Below are positions 59,566 through 64,000 of a DNA stretch of 64,000 bases, piece after piece. The notes under the pieces were generated by a model. The model was not told the DNA's origin and searched no databases. It saw only the letters and a list, made by a program, of their open reading frames with translations. Positions within the stretch are counted from its first letter, which is position 1. Each line of letters begins with the position of its first letter. The translations under genes and the position numbers were made by a program. The stretch is from the NCBI GenBank assembly GCA_003141415.1, contig PLLX01000097.1, positions 10,315 to 74,314 of the forward strand, given 5' to 3'. The DNA is from Bacteroidales bacterium. GTDB taxonomy: Bacteria; Bacteroidota; Bacteroidia; Bacteroidales; VadinHA17.

Positions 59566-61149
59566 TTACTGTGGCCGGTACTTTAAAACTAAATCACCTG
59601 CAACTTTTTCAAGAACTTTTGTAATATCATCATTAAGTATTCCGTCACGCAGACTATCAAGAGTATCCTGGTGTTTAAGCTCAAGAAGCTCAATAAATTC
59701 GATTTCAAAACTCTTCACTTTATTTATTGGAACATCTTTTAAAAGTCCCATGGTGCCGCAATATATGATTGCTATCTGTTTTTCAATTGGTATAGGGGCA
59801 AACTGACCCTGTTTCAGGATTTCAACGTTTTTAGCTCCTTTATTCAGAATAGCAAGGGTTGAAGCGTCGAGATCCGAACCAAATTTAGAGAATGCTTCCA
59901 GTTCCCGGTATTGTGCCTGATCAACTTTCAGGGTTCCGGCGATCTTTTTCATAGCCTTGATCTGGGCATTCCCTCCAACTCTTGATACTGATATTCCAAC
60001 GTTAATTGCCGGGCGGACCCCTGAGTTGAAAAGACTTGTCTCAAGAAATATTTGTCCATCGGTGATCGAAATCACATTTGTGGGAATATAAGCCGAAACA
60101 TCACCTGCCTGAGTTTCAATAATTGGTAAAGCTGTAAGCGAACCACCTCCTTTAACAAGGTGCCTGATTGACTCGGGAATATCATTCATCTTTTGGGCAA
60201 CATCATCGGATTCAATGATTTTAGCTGCTCTTTCCAGGAGTCTGGAGTGCAGATAGAAAACATCTCCCGGGTATGCTTCTCGTCCTGGCGGGCGGCGGAG
60301 TAAAAGTGAGACTTCCCTGTATGATACAGCCTGTTTGGAAAGGTCATCGTAAATTATGAGGGCATCGCGACCCGTATCGCGGAAAAATTCTCCGATGGCA
60401 GCTCCGGCGAAGGGGGCATAAAATTGTGATGCAGCGGGATCAGAGGCGGTAGCAAGCACTATAACTGTATATTCAAGTGCGCCATGTTCTTCGAGCGTTG
60501 CCGCTATATTGGCAACTGTTGAACCTTTTTGTCCGATTGCGACATAAATACAATAAACAGGTTTCCCTTTTTCAAAATTACTTCGCTGATTAATAATTGT
60601 ATCAATGGCAATAGCGGTTTTCCCGGTTTGTCTGTCGCCGATAATCAGCTCCCTCTGTCCGCGGCCAATTGGTATCATCGCATCAATTGCTTTAATACCG
60701 GTCTGGAGGGGTTGCCTTACAGGCTGCCTGAAAATTACCCCGGGAGCTTTTCTTTCGAAGGGCAGATTAAAAAGTTCACCAGTTATTGGGCCCTTACCAT
60801 CTAGTGGTTGTCCTGTAGGGGTAATTACTCTTCCCAATAATCCTTCGCCTACACCAAGAGAAGCAATCCTTCCGGTTCTTTTTACAATGTCACCTTCATT
60901 AATCTCCTCCGTAGGACCAAGCAATACTGCACCGATATTATCCTCTTCGAGGTTCAGAACAATAGCCTCCATCCCATTTTCAAATTCAATCAATTCATTC
61001 GATTCTGCATTTGAAAGTCCGTATATACGGGCGATCCCGTCACCAACCTGAAGTACTGTTCCAACTTCTTCAAGTTCGACCCCGGTCTGTATCCCTTCCA
61101 GTTGTTGTTTGAGAATTTTTGAAACTTCTGCCGGTTTAATATTTGCCAT
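59566..61149 (-). CDS. atpA: F1 ATP synthase alpha subunit
   Basis: [15 protein letters not shown] Walker [47 protein letters not shown]. Confidence 0.97.
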   Translation of the reverse strand: MANIKPAEVSKILKQQLEGIQTGVELEEVGTVLQVGDGIARIYGLSNAESNELIEFENGMEAIVLNLEEDNIGAVLLGPTEEINEGDIVKRTGRIASLGVGEGLLGRVITPTGQPLDGKGPITGELFNLPFERKAPGVIFRQPVRQPLQTGIKAIDAMIPIGRGQRELIIGDRQTGKTAIAIDTIINQRSNFEKGKPVYCIYVAIGQKGSTVANIAATLEEHGALEYTVIVLATASDPAASQFYAPFAGAAIGEFFRDTGRDALIIYDDLSKQAVSYREVSLLLRRPPGREAYPGDVFYLHSRLLERAAKIIESDDVAQKMNDIPESIRHLVKGGGSLTALPIIETQAGDVSAYIPTNVISITDGQIFLETSLFNSGVRPAINVGISVSRVGGNAQIKAMKKIAGTLKVDQAQYRELEAFSKFGSDLDASTLAILNKGAKNVEILKQGQFAPIPIEKQIAIIYCGTMGLLKDVPINKVKSFEIEFIELLELKHQDTLDSLRDGILNDDITKVLEKVAGDLVLKYRPQ

Positions 61150-61187
61150 ATTGTATCTTCTTAAAAGTCTTTAATTGTTTTAATTTT

Positions 61188-61739
61188 CTATCTGGGAGTT
61201 ATAACACTTCCTATAAGTTCTTTTTTTATTTTACGGAGTTTATTCTTTATACTGGCATCGATATAATTATCATCAATCTGCAAGATAAAACCGCCAATTA
61301 TTTCAGGATCAATGCTTTCTTTAAGTTCAACTTTTGTCTTGAAAACTTCAGAAATAAGATCAGTTATCTGCTTTCTGACATTATCATCGACCTTTACAGC
61401 TGTTGTAAGGACAGATTCTGTTATTCCCTTATATTTCTTTGTTTCGTGGATGAATACTCTTGCAATTGCAGGAAGAAAACTTTCTCTCCCGTTTTTCACA
61501 ATCAAGTCGATAAGGGAAAGAATGATCTTTTCAACATTACCTCCAAGCATTTTATGAAATATATCTTCCTTCTTCGAGGGGACAATAATCGGACTGTGAA
61601 GGAATTCTTTTGTTTCCTTCATTTTACATATCTCTGAAATAAAGATCATGTTCTGATAGACTTTATCAAGAATCTTTTTTTCGAGAGCAGACTGAAAAAT
61701 TGCCCTGGAGTATCTTACTGATATTTTGCTGTCGTTCAT
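61188..61739 (-). CDS. atpH: F1 ATP synthase delta (OSCP) subunit
   Basis: ISVRYSRAIFQSALEK, IIGGFILQIDDNYIDASIKNKL. Confidence 0.9.
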   Translation of the reverse strand: MNDSKISVRYSRAIFQSALEKKILDKVYQNMIFISEICKMKETKEFLHSPIIVPSKKEDIFHKMLGGNVEKIILSLIDLIVKNGRESFLPAIARVFIHETKKYKGITESVLTTAVKVDDNVRKQITDLISEVFKTKVELKESIDPEIIGGFILQIDDNYIDASIKNKLRKIKKELIGSVITPR

Positions 61740-61754
61740 TACAGGTTCTGGTTC

Positions 61755-62270
61755 CTAATTCTTATTTAAATCAATCTCTTTAAGGTAACTGTCAATCAGT
61801 TTTTCCTGTTTACCCGACTTCTTTAGTTGTTCTCCCAGCAGTTTAGATGCAATCTCAACTGAAAGTGTCGCAACCTGTTCATGAATTTCAGAGAGCGCCT
61901 TTATTTTCTCATTTTCAATACCTTCCCTGGCTTTTTCAATAAGCTTTTCGGCTTCCCCTTTTGCCTTTCCTTTTGCTTCAGAAATAAGCCTATCGCGTAC
62001 TTCCCTGGCATCCTTAAGAATATTTTCCCGTTCTTCCCTTGCTTTGCGAAGGATAGCTTCATTATCGCTCTGAAGCTTTAACATATCCTCTCTGGCTTTT
62101 GCGGCAGATTCAAGAGAACCCTTAATCATTTCATCGCGCGCTTTAACTGCGGAAAGAATAGGTTTCCACGCAAATTTTGAAAGTATCAGGAGAAATAAAA
62201 TAAAGATCAGGGCTGACCAGAAAATTGTTCCGACCCCGGGAGTAACAAGATTGTTTGCTAAAAGTATCAT
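61755..62270 (-). CDS. atpF: Fo ATP synthase subunit b
   Basis: Start at the ATG at 62270 (MILLANN...); the ORF-track start is a TTG at 62312. One TM, then a charged coiled coil (KPILSAVKARDEMIKGSLESA). Confidence 0.88.
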   Translation of the reverse strand: MILLANNLVTPGVGTIFWSALIFILFLLILSKFAWKPILSAVKARDEMIKGSLESAAKAREDMLKLQSDNEAILRKAREERENILKDAREVRDRLISEAKGKAKGEAEKLIEKAREGIENEKIKALSEIHEQVATLSVEIASKLLGEQLKKSGKQEKLIDSYLKEIDLNKN

Positions 62271-62343
62271 AAGGATGTAGTTAAATCGATTAAAATAAAG
62301 GAAGGCCTGCAACCAACCGTTACAGGCTCCCAGCTATTCCTTC

Positions 62344-62550
62344 TTATTTTGCAATAAGAGCAACAACAATTGCGAATAGAGCTGCTCCTTCAATTAAGGC
62401 TGCAGCAATGATCATTGCAATCTGTATCTTGGAATAAGCTTCCGGCTGACGTGCTATTGCGTCCATCGCCGATCCGCCAATTCTACCAATACCAATTCCT
62501 GCTCCTATCACTGCAAGACCTGCTCCGACTGCTGCCATTGTTCCTGTCAT
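62344..62550 (-). CDS. atpE: Fo ATP synthase subunit c
   Basis: GAGIGIGRIGGSAMDAIARQPE...ALIEGAALFAIVVAL. The likely ATG start is at 62550. Confidence 0.92.
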   Translation of the reverse strand: MTGTMAAVGAGLAVIGAGIGIGRIGGSAMDAIARQPEAYSKIQIAMIIAAALIEGAALFAIVVALIAK

Positions 62551-62580
62551 AATAACTAATTTTAAATTAAACAATAAAAA

Positions 62581-63639
62581 TTAATGGTTTTCCGGTATTG
62601 CCATACCTATAAATAATGCTGACAATAGAGTAAAAATATATGCCTGAAGGAATGCCACGAGAAGTTCGAGGAAATCCATGAAAATCACGAAAAAGATTGA
62701 TACCGGGGCTACTGAAAGGGAATTAAAGATGAAGATAAGGCAAATAAGACTTAATACAATTATATGCCCCGCTGTAATATTTGCAAACAAACGAATCATA
62801 AGGGCGAATGGCTTGGAAAATAATCCTATTATTTCAACAGGTATCATAATCGGTAATAGCCAGAAAGGCACCCCTGGTGCTGCGAAGATATGTTTCCAAT
62901 AAGTTTTGTTCCCGCTAAATTGTGTAATAACGAATGTACATGTTGCCATAACGAAGGTCACTGCAATATTCCCAGTTACATTCGCACCAAAAGGCGGAGG
63001 GAAAGGGATAAGACCCATCAGGTTATTAATTAGAATAAAAAAGAATGCCGTAAGTAGGTAAGGCATATACTTTTCATATTTATGACCAAGGTTAGGGATC
63101 GCTATATCGTCGCGGACAAAGAGTATGACCGGTTCAAGGAAGCTCTGAATGCCTTTTGGATGACTGATACCTGATTTCCTGTATGACCGGGAGAGCGAAA
63201 GGAATATTATCAGGCCAATTAAAGCAGCAGCCAGCATTCCTACAACAGCTTTTGTCATTGAAAAGTCAAGAGGAAGGTTTTTTTCATTAACTGTTCCTTG
63301 AGTATTCACAGAGACAATTTTACCCTTCAGGTCACCTTCTTCTTCAAGTTTATATCCTTTATATTCATTCCCGCCGGCAAGTTTTTTCGAAGTAAATATA
63401 TCCAGCCCTTTTTCTTTGCTGTAAAGAATCACCGGAAGGTAAATAGTAATACTCTCCCCGTTTTTCTTAGTCAGAATATGCCATTCGTGGGAATCAGCTA
63501 TATGTTCAAGAATAAAAGTGCTTGCATCGAATTCCCCTTCTGTTCCCGTTTTTTCTTTAGCATCCTGTCCAAAAGCAGAAATAGTTGTTCCAACAAGGAG
63601 AAGGAAGATGAAAAAACTAATTAAATTTCTCGTTTTCAA
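62581..63639 (-). CDS. atpB: Fo ATP synthase subunit a
   Basis: The long Bacteroidota-type N-terminal extension, then LMIRLFANITAGHI with the essential Arg. Confidence 0.92.
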   Translation of the reverse strand: MKTRNLISFFIFLLLVGTTISAFGQDAKEKTGTEGEFDASTFILEHIADSHEWHILTKKNGESITIYLPVILYSKEKGLDIFTSKKLAGGNEYKGYKLEEEGDLKGKIVSVNTQGTVNEKNLPLDFSMTKAVVGMLAAALIGLIIFLSLSRSYRKSGISHPKGIQSFLEPVILFVRDDIAIPNLGHKYEKYMPYLLTAFFFILINNLMGLIPFPPPFGANVTGNIAVTFVMATCTFVITQFSGNKTYWKHIFAAPGVPFWLLPIMIPVEIIGLFSKPFALMIRLFANITAGHIIVLSLICLIFIFNSLSVAPVSIFFVIFMDFLELLVAFLQAYIFTLLSALFIGMAIPENH

Positions 63640-63652
63640 ATCAGTTCCGGTT

Positions 63653-64000
63653 TTATAAAGCTTTGTTTTTCAGGATTTTTACTATAACCCAGATAGAAAA
63701 CAAAGTGAGTGCTAAATATAAAACAAAAAATATTAAAACAGATGGCAAAGATGTTTTTTTAGCAACAATAAACCATAGGAGTGCAAAGACGATCTCAAGA
63801 AGGAATTTCACACTTAGTGCCACGAAACTGTACAATGTCTGGCTGTCGGGTTCTTTGGTCTGTCCTTTTAAAAAAATCAGAATAGTTATAAAAGCAATAA
63901 TTGAAAAAACAGTAGATAGAACCACTGCATCACTGAAACAAAGATTCAGTTTAACTACCGATACAAGTAAATATTCTGTTAAAAGTAACAGTACATTTAA
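63653..64000 (-). CDS. Small membrane protein upstream of atpB (AtpI/AtpZ-like position); N-terminus probably outside the window
   Basis: The frame stays open from 63925 to the window end (LNVLLLLTEYLLVSVVKLNLCFSDAVVLSTVF...). It is hydrophobic. The ORF-track GTG start is probably not the real start. Confidence 0.5.
   Translation of the reverse strand, partial: LNVLLLLTEYLLVSVVKLNLCFSDAVVLSTVFSIIAFITILIFLKGQTKEPDSQTLYSFVALSVKFLLEIVFALLWFIVAKKTSLPSVLIFFVLYLALTLFSIWVIVKILKNKAL

Noticed and set aside
60529-61637. Plus-strand ORFs of 91, 148 and 164 aa across atpA and atpH
   Set aside because: They are antisense to highly conserved ATP synthase genes. They are typical shadow ORFs.

Overview
The window looks like a Bacteroidota chromosome segment. 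Supporting features are a T9SS C-terminal sorting domain, a CarboxypepD_reg-type TonB-dependent receptor paired with DUF4249, and a Bacteroidetes-type tyrosine integrase. Most of it is housekeeping or envelope genes: fbaA, tsaB, efp, tyrS, cvpA, ettA, mprF with an acvB-like gene, a DUF2723 glycosyltransferase-like protein, a PLP decarboxylase, and an almost complete F1Fo ATP synthase locus. Three regions look accessory. (1) About 880-5954 holds a roughly 5 kb integrase-bearing element next to tRNA-Gln(UUG). It carries a very AT-rich cassette (Cys-rich protein, tiny TM peptide, cold-shock-domain protein, RecA-like ATPase) and a dense palindrome/iteron cluster. (2) At 14544-15542, tyrS reads through in frame into a 224-codon AT-rich extension, and a roughly 250 bp imperfect palindromic MITE-like element lies just downstream. 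(3) At 17625-25294 there is a TIR-domain gene remnant, a 700 nt ORF-free stretch, and a 5.2 kb redox-enzyme island. The island is bracketed by two related ~145 nt repeats in inverted orientation and ends at tRNA-Arg(CCU). A conserved but functionally uncharacterised operon (TetR, OM beta-barrel, MacB/Lol-like ABC, LolA-like) lies at 27613-33269. Several genes are decayed or frameshifted: a DUF6876-like gene, a GDCCVxC gene, a MutS-like ATPase remnant and the TIR remnant. The two clear frameshifts sit in homopolymer runs, so assembly error is a live alternative. I saw no CRISPR array, rRNA, reverse transcriptase or transposase. All family assignments come from motif recognition by eye, not from searches.
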